Positions 1-11,707 of a stretch of 64,000 bases of DNA are shown here, piece after piece. The stretch spans positions 92,318,001 to 92,382,000 of the forward strand of contig NC_043004.1 in assembly GCF_006345805.1 (NCBI RefSeq). Reading direction: 5' to 3'. This DNA is from Octopus sinensis. Its lineage: Eukaryota. The translations under genes and the position numbers were made by a program. The notes under the pieces were generated by a model. It had not been told where the DNA came from. It ran no database searches and worked only from the letters and a program-made list of their open reading frames with translations. Every line of letters begins with the position of its first letter. Position 1 is the stretch's first letter.

Positions 1-160
1 GAGCTGTATTTGGGTGTTATTTCTAAATTTTCGGTATGTGGTGAAGCAACTTGTTGCTTAACCCTTACTTATATATATATATATATATATAAGTAAGGGT
101 TAAGCAACAAGTTGCTTCACCACATACCGAAAATTTAGAAATAACAGCCAAAGACAGCTC
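1..160. repeat. Near-perfect palindrome: two 70-bp PLE-terminus-like arms tail-to-tail around (AT)10
   Basis: 1-70 is the reverse complement of 91-160 with 2 mismatches, and the (AT)n centre is self-complementary. The arm is homologous to 5163-5200. Confidence 0.9.
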
Positions 161-186
161 ATGTGGAGTAATATCTATCTATCTAT

Positions 187-237
<51 letters not shown>

Positions 238-239
238 TA

Positions 240-640
240 TATGGGTACAGGACATCACCAACTGTAAACAACCTGAAATACGAAAACAACCGAGTTAAAT
301 ACGCAAACAACGAAAGAGAAAATGGAAAACAGGACAAGTAACGAAGAAAGGCTCCTCATCAGTTGTTGGCTGCCTATCTACTCCCCAGTTCGAGCATTCA
401 ACAATAATATGTGTCTTTGAAGACAGTTGCTCCCATAACTTCCAAAATAAAATTTTGGATCTATGGAGAGTCAAATTTGGGAACAAAAAGAGGACAGTAG
501 AGACATATAAGAAAACCGAACGAAAATAAACATGGAGGGTCGTTAGACCAGAATGAAGGGAAATAGTGAACGCTAAGAGAAATATTTTCTTCGAAAAGAG
601 AAAAGATAGAAGACGTCCAGTCTTTAGGATGCCGTGTAGG
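240..640 (-). mobile_element. Penelope-like terminal repeat fragment with a decayed HHR-like motif (328-367)
   Basis: Minus strand reads aacaa-CTGATGA-ggagcctttcttc-GTTAC-tt-GTC-ctgtt and runs into (AT)n. Family assignment is from recall. Confidence 0.5.
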
Positions 641-893
641 AAAATAAAGATGGTCACGTGAGGAAAAGAAAGATGGACGACGGTCACGTATGAGCAACGA
701 GAGAAACAATAAAAGGAAGAGAGAGAGAGAGAGAGGCAGTCAGACAGATAGAACACGGAGAAGGGGAGGAAAGAGGAATTAGAGATGGATGGGGGAGAAA
801 ACAGTATAGAGTAGAGTCGCATCAAAAATGTTAAGATAAACTGATTTGTAAATGGATGCGTAGTGTTCAATCAAATAATAATAATATAATAAT

Positions 894-974
<81 letters not shown>

Positions 975-1014
975 CGCACTCTAATGACAGAAATGAGATA
1001 GAGATATATACAGT

Positions 1015-1113
1015 AAAGTCGACCTCGGTGGAATTTGAGCTCCGAACAACACAGACGAAACCCGCTAACCATTTTCTCCGGCGTACCAACGGTTCTGCCA
1101 GCGCATTGCCTTA
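1015..1113 (-). mobile_element. tRNA-derived SINE family A, 5' fragment
   Basis: Reverse-complement match to the family A head (A box ctggcagaa, gaggtcgacttt). Confidence 0.7.
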
Positions 1114-1326
1114 ATCTACTCATTCATATTAGTTCTAACAAAGGTGATGCGACGACCATTTAAGCATGTCTATTGCCTGAGTCGAGAACAGCGTCATTAG
1201 ATCTCGGTGTAAATCCATAAAGCTGATAATAATTATTATTTTCCGAACCAAGTGACTCAATTCCTTGACTGGTACTTTATGTCACCGATTTTTATTTTAT
1301 TTTATATTAATATATTTATTTATTCA

Positions 1327-1519
1327 GGCCGCGAGCTGGTAGAATCATTAGCACTCCGGGCAAAATGCTATACCGGCATATCTTCCGTCTTTACATTCTA
1401 AGTTCATATTCCGCCGAGGTCGACTTTGCCTTTCATTCTTTCTGGGCCGATAAAATAAGCACAAGTGAAATCCCCCTTCCCCCAAATTTCAGTTCTTGTG
1501 CCTTTAGTAGAAAGATTTA
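1327..1519 (+). mobile_element. SINE family A copy
   Basis: ggccgcgagctggtagaa...gttcatattccgccgaggtcgactttgcc matches the other family A copies. Confidence 0.8.
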
Positions 1520-1611
1520 TTATATTTATTATATTTATGGTACATAATTTTATTTACTTTACCAAGATAGCTCTCTATGTAGTCACTAAAACCTGTTAAA
1601 ATTAACAGGCA

Positions 1612-2214
1612 CTAAGGTGGCGAGCTGGCAGAAACGTTAGCACGCCGGGCTAAATGCGTAGCCGTATTTCGTCTGTCGCTACGTTCTGAGTTCAGGTTCC
1701 GCCGAGGTCGACTTTGCCTTTCATCCTTTCGGGGTCGATTAAACAAGTACCTATTACGCACTGGGGTCGATATAATTGACTTAATCCGTTTGTCTGTCCT
1801 TGTTTGTCTCATTTGTGTTTAGCCCATTGTGGGTAGTAAAGAAATAGGTATTTCGTCGGCCGCTATGTTCTGAGTTCAAATTCCGCCGATGTCAACTTTG
1901 CCTTTCATCCTTTTGGGGTCGATAGATTAGGTACCATTTATGCACTGGGTCGATATAATCGACTTAATCCGTTTGTCTGTCTTTGTTTGTCCCTTCTGTG
2001 TTTAGCCCCTTGTAGGTAGTAAAGAAATAGGTATTTCGTCGGCCGCTACGTTCTGAGTTCAAATTCCGCCGATGTCGACTTTGCCTTTCATCCTTTGGGG
2101 CTCGATTAAATAAGTACTAGTTACGCACTGGGGTCGATATAATCGACTTAATCCGTTCTTCTGTCCTTGTTTGTCCGTCTATGTTTAGCCCCTTGTGGGC
2201 AATAAAGAAATAAG
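1612..2214 (+). mobile_element. SINE family A with its body triplicated in tandem
   Basis: A box and B box (gttcaaattcc) present, three ~190-bp body units, 12-bp TSD aattaacaggca at 1600-1611 and 2215-2226. Confidence 0.9.
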
Positions 2215-3783
2215 AATTAACAGGCATTTAGTGTCCCTACTGTTTTTCTTTAAAAAATGTACTCCTAGATATCGATAAACATACAAGATAGTCACCACTG
2301 GACAGCTTCTGATCACAAGCTTGGACTTCACTATAAGAATAACAACAACAAAAGCCTACAGTAATATCATCATTTTTTAGCAATCCGATAGTATTGACAC
2401 TTCAGCACATTTCTTATGTTTCATCGACCGCAATCTACCGTACTGGCTACTCTGATATTCACTAACAACCAACAGGGAAACAGACATTTTCCGGAAGCCG
2501 GAAACGAACCAAATATCTCAGATTTGCAGCCGTCATGCATTATTGATTATGCTGTTAGAGGAGGCTCTTGTTACAGTACCACTATAATTGTTTCGCACTT
2601 TGTATATATATATACATACATACACGCATACATGGATGTGTGTATAATGCATACATATATTGGCCAAGATGAATATTCCTATCTGATGGTAAGTCTAGTT
2701 AAAACTAAATATAAGCCAGTCTGGCAACGTCTCTGTCAATGGTTTGACTGTTTCTCTCATATTTAACAAGGTAGTTAGGAATGAATTGTGAAGGCGCAGG
2801 GCTCAGTGGTTAGAGCGTCGAGCTTACAATCGTGAGGTTGTGAACTCGAATCTCGGACGGGGCTGCGTATTGTGTTCTTGAGCATGTCACTTTATTTCAC
2901 GTTGCTCCAGTTCTCTCAGTTGTAGAAATGTGTTGCGACGTCACAGGTGCTAAGCTGTATTAGCCTTCGCATTTCCTTTGGATAACACTGGTGGCGTGGA
3001 GAGGCGAGGCAAGTATGCATGAGCGACTGCTGGTTTTCCATAAACAACCTTGCTCGGACTTGTGCCTGGGAGGGTAACTTTCTAGGTGCAATCCCATTGT
3101 CAGTCATGACCGAAGGCAGTCTCAGATAGGAAGGAGTGAAAACATTATCCTAAGATTGCACCTGTAACCCGAAACGTGTAAACAGGTTATATAACATCCA
3201 AATGAAAAGTATGGATCTCAAAATATCTGTATGACAAAAATCCGTCATCCATCATGTATTATTTGCTGCACCGCTCCTCATAGCAGTTGTTGGGTTACCC
3301 AGTTGGACACCAGGCAGAATCTGTGACATTACAACATAACAGACTCTGCTAAAATCATCCCCAGGATCAATAGGTAGCATTAAATCTGATAATAGATAGT
3401 TACTACTGAAGACCACCACCCAGTGCAGTTTCTCTCAATATAATTTGATGGACCAGACAACTATCAGACGAAACTTGAATTGGATATCATCTCTTGGTAT
3501 AAAAAACACATCCACGTGCGCATACATGCATACATACATACATACATACATACATGTTGTTATTATTCTTATAGTGAAGTCCAAGCTTGTGATCAGAAGC
3601 TGTCCATTGGTGACTATCTTGTATGTTTATCGATATCTAGGAGTACATTTTTTAAAGAAAAACAGCAGGGACACTAAATGCTTGTTAATTCTTATTTCTT
3701 TATTGCCCACAAGGGGCTAAACATAGAGGGGACAAACAAGGACAGCAGAACGGATTACGTCGATTACATCGACCCCAATGCGT
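2123..3783. repeat. Inverted duplication, arms 2123-2350 and 3555-3783
   Basis: ~228-bp arms, roughly 4% divergent by eye. The arm spans a SINE tail, its TSD and unique flank. Confidence 0.9.
2788..3122 (+). mobile_element. tRNA-derived SINE family D (resembles the octopus tRNA-Lys-related type)
   Basis: gaaggcgcagggctcagtggttagagcgtcgagcttac... head; full-length homolog at 45657-46002. Confidence 0.85.
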
Positions 3784-3785
3784 GT

Positions 3786-4074
3786 GTTCCAGTTAATCCG
3801 ATGAACAGAAAATCCTGCCCGTGAAATTAAGGCCGAAGTGCCTGAGCACAACACTGACACGCGTACCCTTGACGTGGTACTCAGCGAAATTCAGCGTGAC
3901 ACATGATGTGACAAGGCTTACCCTTTGAATTACAGGTACAGCTCATTGTTATCAGCAAAATGAACCGGAGCAGCATGAAATAAAATGTCTTATTCAAGGA
4001 CACAAGGCGCCGCATGGGATCGAAATCACGACCTAATGACCGAATACGTTAATCACTAAGCTACGTACTTTCAC
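3786..4074 (-). mobile_element. tRNA-derived SINE whose 3' part is related to family C
   Basis: Minus-strand head gtgaaagtacgtagcttagtgatta...ttcgatccc; 3' part matches the family C tail. Confidence 0.65.
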
Positions 4075-4440
4075 AACAGACAGACACGCACACACATACA
4101 CACGCGCGGATGCATACATACATACATACATACATACATACATACATAATACATACATACATACATACATACATACATTCATATATACCTACATATACGC
4201 ACACGCACTCACGCACACACTAGGTGTAGGACAAAATTACCCGTATTTTACACAGCAACTAGTGTGGAGCTTATGAAGTTAGGCCGGAGGTAATAAAACA
4301 TTTAACTGTTTGATAATTTTCTTGTGGTCACCATTGTACTTGGATTGCTACACACTCCGCATGTGCTGTTCAAATACTCACCAATCTGAAAAATATGGAA
4401 GATGTTTTTCGCCCCCTCCACACACGCACGCGCCCACAAA

Positions 4441-4475
<35 letters not shown>

Positions 4476-4482
<7 letters not shown>

Positions 4483-4841
4483 TTGGTGAATTGAAGAAAT
4501 GGAGCTGAACGAAGATTGAACAGAAATCGTTTTATTTCATTCTACACGTGTTTCGAAAGGCACAATTTACCAAAATCCGATTGAATAATGAGACCATATT
4601 GTGTCTTTCTCTTCAGGAAGAAATAGGAAATCCGTTGGAAAAAACAAAAACAGAACAGAGGCGGAGCAAAACAAATCGAACTAGGATCCTAAGAGCCCAT
4701 GGCAAAACTGAGACACAATATGGTCTCATTATTCAATCGGATTTTGGTAAATTGTGCCTTTCGAAACACGTGTAGAATGAAATAAAACGATTTCTGTTCA
4801 ATCTTCGTTCAGCTCCATTTCTTCAATTCACCAATAATATT
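4476..4841. repeat. Perfect 131-bp fold-back (4476-4606 / 4711-4841, 104-nt loop) of a PLE-type terminal repeat
   Basis: Arms are exact reverse complements by manual comparison. The repeat continues to ~4990 and ends in (AT)n. Confidence 0.92.
4534..4624 (-). ncRNA. Type I hammerhead ribozyme, apparently intact
   Basis: atttcttc-CTGAAGA-gaaagacac[37 nt]gtgcctttc-GAAA-c[ACGT]g-TA-gaatgaaat. Predicted cleavage after GUA, between 4543 and 4542. Confidence 0.85.
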
Positions 4842-4987
4842 TTAATTTCAATTATCCGCACCAACGCACGGTTGCAACACCATATGGTTGTACCTCCAAC
4901 CGTGCTGTCTTCTGCTGTGATTTTTGCTACCAAGGTATCGGTTAAACTTTTGGTTAATCTGCTACAAGATTATTCATCTTTCTATTT

Positions 4988-5029
<42 letters not shown>

Positions 5030-5030
<1 letters not shown>

Positions 5031-5480
5031 ATAATAACAAAGGGTCAAATTAATTAATTAAGAAGTAATCAATTTCACCAAGTAGAATTCGGCAATGAAA
5101 AAGGACCATTTCACGGTAAGCCTAAGTAACACTTAATAATTAGGGTTCAGCAAAGATTCGCTTTACCACATACCGAAGTTTAGAAATAGCAGCCAAAACA
5201 CCTTAGCTATTTCTTCTACTTTAAAAAGGAACTCCCAGAGAAAACAAAATACTTGAAAACAATTCACACAGGCAGAGAGGAAAGCAACGAAAATCAATCA
5301 ATATCTGGTCATCCATGGACGCGCGTTTCGGAATTAGCTTGGAATAAAGAATACAAAATTATACTTTACCAACAATTTTCCTCATCAGCATGGCATTCCT
5401 CAATAATTCGAGGGTACTGGAATAATTGAATATATCTCTCCACCTAACGGTATCAGACAGATCATATTCAGTGTTAGTAC
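5030..5480 (-). mobile_element. PLE-type terminal repeat flanked by (TA)n on both sides
   Basis: Carries the HHR at 5313-5393; its 3' part is homologous to the arms at 1-160. Confidence 0.6.
5313..5393 (-). ncRNA. Type I hammerhead ribozyme, apparently intact
   Basis: ccatg-CTGATGA-ggaa[44 nt]ttcc-GAAA-c[GCGC]g-TC-catgg. Predicted cleavage after GUC, between 5318 and 5317. Confidence 0.85.
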
Positions 5481-5506
5481 CGCTGATATATATATATATA
5501 TATATG

Positions 5507-5551
<45 letters not shown>

Positions 5552-6019
5552 TCGCTGCTTAGCATACCGTTAACTAATACCTAACAATTAGAACCCAATA
5601 AACATGTGTTTCAGAATATGCCATTAACCCAGTGTTGAGCTTAGTATGAATTAATTGAAGGGTAAGGGAATGGAAATTATGCAATATTTTTAATTTGCTT
5701 ACAGCTGTTTGTGTTTTAAGAAGCAGTGAACGCAGAGCCGAATGGTTGTGCATCATCTTACAGGCTCTGAGGATACTGTAAGATGATGGACAATATATTT
5801 GTGTATGTGCGTGTTTATGTGTGTGTAGCAATACTAGTAACCTGATGTAGATCTCAATATACGTATGTCTATGTTATGACATCTCGTTTCTTAATATATA
5901 TCTTTCCCGGAACTTATCTTTTTAAGTCTGGTACTTACTCTATCGGTCTTTTAGCAAAGTGCTCAATTACGGGAACGTAAACACACCAACACCGGTTGTC
6001 AAGTGGTTGCACAAACCGA

Positions 6020-6293
6020 TGACCTTTGTGCAACTGAAGGAGAACATCAATAGAGGAGTGCGGTCTGAAATTCTTGAGGGTGTTTGGAAAGAGCACGGCG
6101 TGTGAAGCCGAGAATGGCTGCCATTAAGCGATGTCATTTTCCATATGTGATGTAGTGAAGTTGCAATCTTTGACTTGCGGACATTACTTTCCATTATGTC
6201 CTTTATATTGTATCAAAATTCCTTGCGTTTATTTGCAAAGTTAAGGAAGTTATTAAAAACTGAAACCCATCAGTGACTTTTTGGACACCTTGC
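6020..6293 (+). mobile_element. Tc1/mariner 3' remnant
   Basis: Translates to LKENINRGVRSEILEGVWKE and ..LSDVIFHM*, like a Tc1/mariner C-terminus. Ends in TIR-like tttttggacacc. Confidence 0.5.
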
Positions 6294-6861
6294 ATATATC
6301 AGGCACAATTGAAAATGTTGTGTAACTAGTAACTATGCTATTTGTATTTTTTATAGAAACTTTATTCTTTTTCTTTCATAGAATTTCTAGGAAATATTAT
6401 CAAATAAAACAGGGGAAGTAATACAAGTCAGAAACAATTAACAGCTGGTTGTTGAGGTAAAACAACAAATGTTCGCATTTATAATGTATAGTAGTTGACG
6501 TCAATTTGTCTCTCCAGCATTTCGTTACCCACAATCCCCTGTTCATGTTAAACAGTCTCTAGAGGTGATATAGTAAAAGTTAGCGTCCAGAACTTGCTAA
6601 CGGCAATCTTCTTCACGTATAATTTTTCTTTGAGATGTCAATAATATGTCAATTGAATCCATGAAAATTCCCTTTAGCTTCATCCAAACGAGATGTAACA
6701 TGGTTTCTAGATTAGTGTGTATGATATTCTAGAAGCATTGTGATGTATTACATCGAAAAGAAATTTGAATGTCAAACCAATTCGATTTTTAATAAAAATG
6801 TTTTATCTTCATTCATTTCTTTATAATATTTCCATCTTGAAAAACCATTATCAAATAATCG

Positions 6862-7212
6862 TGGCACTCCGCCGGTTACGACGACGAGGGTTCCAGTTGA
6901 TCCGATCAACGGAACAGCCTGCTCGTGAATTTAACGTGTAAGTGACTGAGCACTCCACAGACACGTGTACCTTTAACGTAGTTCTCAGGGTTATTCAGCG
7001 TGACACAGTGTGTGACAAGGCTGGCCCTTTGAAATACAGGTACAACAGAAACAGGAATAAAGAGTGAGACAAAATTGTGGTGAACCCTGCTGGAGCATCG
7101 TGGAGCTTTAGATGTTTTCGCCCAATAAAAAAACTCACAACGGCCTGTCTGGGAATCTAAACCGCGATCGCACGACCCCGAGTCCGCTACCCTAACCACT
7201 GGGCCATTGCGC
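6862..7212 (-). mobile_element. tRNA-derived SINE family C
   Basis: Reverse complement of the 34616-34996 type; head gcgcaatggcccagtggttagggtagcggactcg. Confidence 0.88.
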
Positions 7213-7677
7213 TTTCAATATGAAATGATACATTATGTATGTGTATAAATCAATATTATGTTTAAATATAAGTATGTATGTATGCATGAAAAGGTATGCG
7301 TATGCAAATGTACAAATATATATATATATATATGCATGTGTGTGTGAGTGTGGGTGTGTGTGTGTGTGCGCGTGTATGTGTATATGTGTGTGCATGTTTG
7401 TATGCACGTAGGTAGGCAGGTAGGTACGTCGATGCATGAATGGCGGAAAGGTTAAGCATCTAGAAGGTCACTAGTTCGAATTTACGCCGCTTCATCTTAA
7501 GCAAATGCCTTTACGATACCCTGCCGTCTACCCAAGTTGTGTGAATGCATTTGGAAAAGCAGAAACGCTATAGAAGGCCTCTAGATTCCAATAATTCAAT
7601 GGTCCAGTCAAGAAACACTAGAGTCACGCCGATTTTACGTGAAAATTATGTTAATTGCGCATGTGTATGTGGACCTT

Positions 7678-7781
7678 TAGGTGTTTTCGGTCAATAAACA
7701 CTCACAACGCCCGGTCTGGGAATCGAAACCGCGATCCTATGACTGCGAGTCCGCTGCCCTAACTACTGGGCCATTGCGCCT
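7678..7781 (-). mobile_element. SINE family C, 5' fragment
   Basis: Head plus B box, reverse strand. Confidence 0.8.
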
Positions 7782-7800
7782 CATATATATATATATATAT

Positions 7801-7892
<92 letters not shown>

Positions 7893-7898
7893 TATATA

Positions 7899-8260
7899 CT
7901 AGCAGTATCACCCGGCGTTGCTCGGGTTTGTAAGGGAAATAACTATATAAGCATTTTTAGAGATGTAAAGTATAATAGCCATTTCAATATGGCTAACCAC
8001 AAAGGGGGGGATGTTACTGTAGCTTTTTACGTTCTGAGATTTAATAAATTTTTAGAGAGTTACTTCCCCTATATATGCCAAAAATGCAAAAGAAAATGGG
8101 AAAAATTGATGGTAATTTTTTTTTTAAATCGTAGACTCATCGTAGACGCGCGCTAATACCCAGAAGTGCTCGATATGAATCACGACTATAAGATACCCGG
8201 AGTAGTTAGGAATCTAAATCGTAGGAGACAGACAGCACACAACCTCTCTTTTATATATAA

Positions 8261-8263
<3 letters not shown>
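7899..8263 (-). mobile_element. Non-autonomous Helitron (365 bp)
   Basis: 5' TC (tctttatatataaaa), subterminal hairpin cccgagcaacgccggg (7911-7926), 3' CTAG, inserted between A and T in a (TA)n tract. Confidence 0.82.
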
Positions 8264-8314
<51 letters not shown>

Positions 8315-9924
8315 TGCAAACAACTGTAAGACCTTCTACCTATAGATGTTCTAAAATCTACTCAGCCTTGGGTTTTTTATCTCAATACGAAAAAAAAAAT
8401 TTATATACACATGCTGACATAGAACCAATGTTGAATTCGCAATATCACTGAACCAGGAGCTTAACTATAGTCTGTCTATAGCACTTATTCAGCATTACCT
8501 GACACCTTTGGGTCTCAATGGCACCATTACCTCTCATAACATATATATCAAAATCGACATCGATATGCCATCGTTATATGCTCTAAAATATTCCTCTGAC
8601 ACCCAGCAGTGCATTCGATCCAACGGTGTTCATAGCGACAAAAGAAATATTCAAACGCTGGGTGGGAGTTACAAAAAAGAGCAAAACCACGTGCAGGTTT
8701 TTGTGGTGCAGCAGCACAACAAGCCATAAGGCAATATGTTATTTATCAACATAAAATGAAAGGGAAATAATTTTAATGAACCAAGAATTAAATTTCTATG
8801 TTATTTAGTATAAGTTATTTGCCTAAGTTTTTCAAATATATGCCGCTGGCCTCGTTGAATTATTTCTCTTGTTTAAATTATGCAAATTACCTAGGGTATA
8901 TATGCTTTCTACTGTTTTTGTATAATGTCCTTTCTACCGTGCTTATTGGAGAAAGGTTTAGGTGATATTTGTGCGAATGACGCCTATTGAGGCAGAAACA
9001 CGAGTCTACGACTTTCCGTTATTTTCTGACAAGCTTGGTCTTTTCCTTAACGGCCTCTCAACTCTGGACAATTTTAGATTCTTGAGCTTATCTCCCTTGT
9101 CTTTATATGAATCTGGTCTTAATTGCCGTTTGGTAATTATGACACCTCCTCTAGAGGCGGAGACAGTTTAAGTAAATCAAGAGTTTATGTTGCAACATAA
9201 AAATTAAACATGAAACCCTAAATGATTGATATCTAAAACTTCCTGCGATAAATGAGATTAGTAGGAGAAACAAGCATTAAATTAACGTTTAAGGAAAATG
9301 TAAAAATAAAAGAATAAATATATGAATTACTGCTTATTAAACTTATGTATTAATGAATACCAAAAGGAAATTAAATGCAATGAAAAGGACATTACACTAA
9401 CCTTAATTAAACGGTCAATAAATTAAAATCAATGAGTCATAACTACACCACTAGCTAACACGTGTCGCGTACAAGAGCAACATCAACGCAATAATTCAAC
9501 GTCTTCCTCAGCAACTCATAAAATACCGAGAAAAAAACAAGGGGAGATAAACAACAGTAGACATCATGAAACTTCCATTATCAAAATATGTATTCTGAAT
9601 AATCAGTGAAATGATAAAGTCTTATCAACGTCTGAAAATTACTTAATACTCTGAGGACGTTTCATATTGAACTGAAAGCTTGAAATAAACCAGGCACATT
9701 TTTTTTCAATAAATCACTATGTATATCCGAACAGAGAAAGCTATTATTTAATAGTTATTATTAATAAACTTGCCTAACCATACGTTTCACTCAATATATT
9801 TATACATACATACATAAATATATATGCTGTGTGTATGTGAGTGCATGTGAGTGTGCGAATACTTGTGCGCTCGCCCGTGTGTGTGAGTGTGCGTGCATGT
9901 GGGTGTGCTTGTGCGTGCGTGCTT

Positions 9925-9960
<36 letters not shown>

Positions 9961-10094
9961 CATATAAACATGGAAAATTCAAACTGAAAAAGTGACGAAC
10001 CACATTAATCGATTTTCGAATCTTATTGGATTCAACGATTATTAATTAGCTATATCTTATAACGGATGTGGAAAACATGTTACACTCTATTCTG

Positions 10095-10275
10095 ACTGGA
10101 ATACAGGACTTTGCAAATTGTACTGCTGCTTTCTGACAACTACAGCCATGGGTCTCATTGCAAACTTTCATCACCGAAACGTCTACACCATGTGCTACAT
10201 CCACAACCACAGCAATTCTGCATGCTTCCAAACCACTTAGATGGATTACAAAAATGTGCAAGTTATATAAAAAGA
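10095..10275 (+). pseudogene. Frameshifted pogo/Tigger-type DDE transposase remnant
   Basis: Plus frames give IVLLLSDN and TTTAILHA...KLYKKKL, resembling LLLLDNA...NTTAILQPLD...K.YYRKKL. Confidence 0.4.
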
Positions 10276-10425
10276 AACTCTAACTAGTAACAAAAGTATA
10301 GTCAAAGTATCACACACACGTACAAAAGTATATATATTTCTATATTGTATATAAACATGCAAATACATGCACAAACATACATCCATACACACACATGTAT
10401 CATTTAAGACAAACAGTATTAAGAT

Positions 10426-10981
10426 AGCAATAATAATTCTCTAAAAGAGATATAAACAGTAACTGCTCGATAACATAAGGGACTAAAGCCATCTGAATAT
10501 GGCTAGGGACAGGGCAGGGTGGTGGGGGTGTTACTGTTGCATTTAGCCCCAGGCGAACATCGACGTCACCAGATAGGCCCGACACCGTCACGGTGTCCTT
10601 TAACCTGCAAAGGGAGGTAATTCCCCGATGAAGCGGAAACCACACACGGACCATGGTTTCAAGGTGTATTGCCTATCGTCGGCGTGTGGTAGGCTTCCGC
10701 TTCCTCGACGAACACTCACTCTGCAGGATATTCATATATAGATTTTCAAGCAAAATACATTTGCTGATTTCGAAAATCTGTTCGAAAGCAATAATAATTC
10801 TCTAAAAGAGATATAGACAGTAACTGCTCGATAACATAAGGGACTAAAGCCATCTGAATATGGCTAGGGACAGGGCAGGGTGGTGGGGGTGTTACTGTTG
10901 CATTTAGCCCCAGGCGAACATCGACGTCACCAGATAGGCCCGACACCGTCACGGTGTCCTTTAACCTGCAAAGGGAGGTAA
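10426..10981. repeat. 195-bp direct repeat (10426-10620, 10787-10981), offset 361 bp
   Basis: One mismatch between copies; GC-rich, with internal palindrome gacaccgtcacggtgtc. Confidence 0.92.
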
Positions 10982-11002
10982 GTTCCTTACCATGCAGACA
11001 CC

Positions 11003-11256
<254 letters not shown>

Positions 11257-11267
11257 TATATATATAC

Positions 11268-11292
<25 letters not shown>

Positions 11293-11298
<6 letters not shown>

Positions 11299-11449
11299 AA
11301 AGAGGGATGACCACTAATTAGACATCATGTGCTAGAAGTCGACCTCTATGGTCTTACCACTAAGAAAGGAATGTTCTTAGTGGTAAGACCATTGGGGGTC
11401 GACTTCTAGCATATGGACGTCAACTTAGTGGTCATTCCTCTTATATGTA
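11293..11449. repeat. Imperfect hairpin, ~70-bp arms, 7-nt loop (11367-11373)
   Basis: Left arm aagagggatgaccactaa...accactaagaa pairs with ttcttagtggt...tagtggtcattcctctt. Confidence 0.88.
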
Positions 11450-11665
11450 TGTAAAACAATTTTTCTGAATCTTCAGATTTTTCTATATGCTAGACCACTG
11501 GTTTTAATTTGATATTAATCAAATTAATATCCAGTTTCAATTTTTCACACTTATTATTGTGTGTCTATAGAAATGTATGTATATATATAACTACACACAA
11601 ACACACACCACACACACACACACACAACACACACACACACACACACAACACACACACATATATAT

Positions 11666-11707
<42 letters not shown>

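Noticed and set aside
2788-2870. tRNA genes at SINE heads
   Set aside because: A/B boxes are present, but cloverleaves are disrupted and continue into SINE bodies.
8990-9170. K/R-rich minus frame GGVIITKRQLRPDSYKDKGDKLKNLK... after a good acceptor
   Set aside because: No recognisable homology or partner exons; could equally be a PLE N-terminal remnant.
10046-10261. Protein-looking minus-strand ORF (LEACRIAVVVDVAHGVDV...)
   Set aside because: No family recognised. The plus strand gives pogo-like transposase motifs, so this is probably an antisense shadow.
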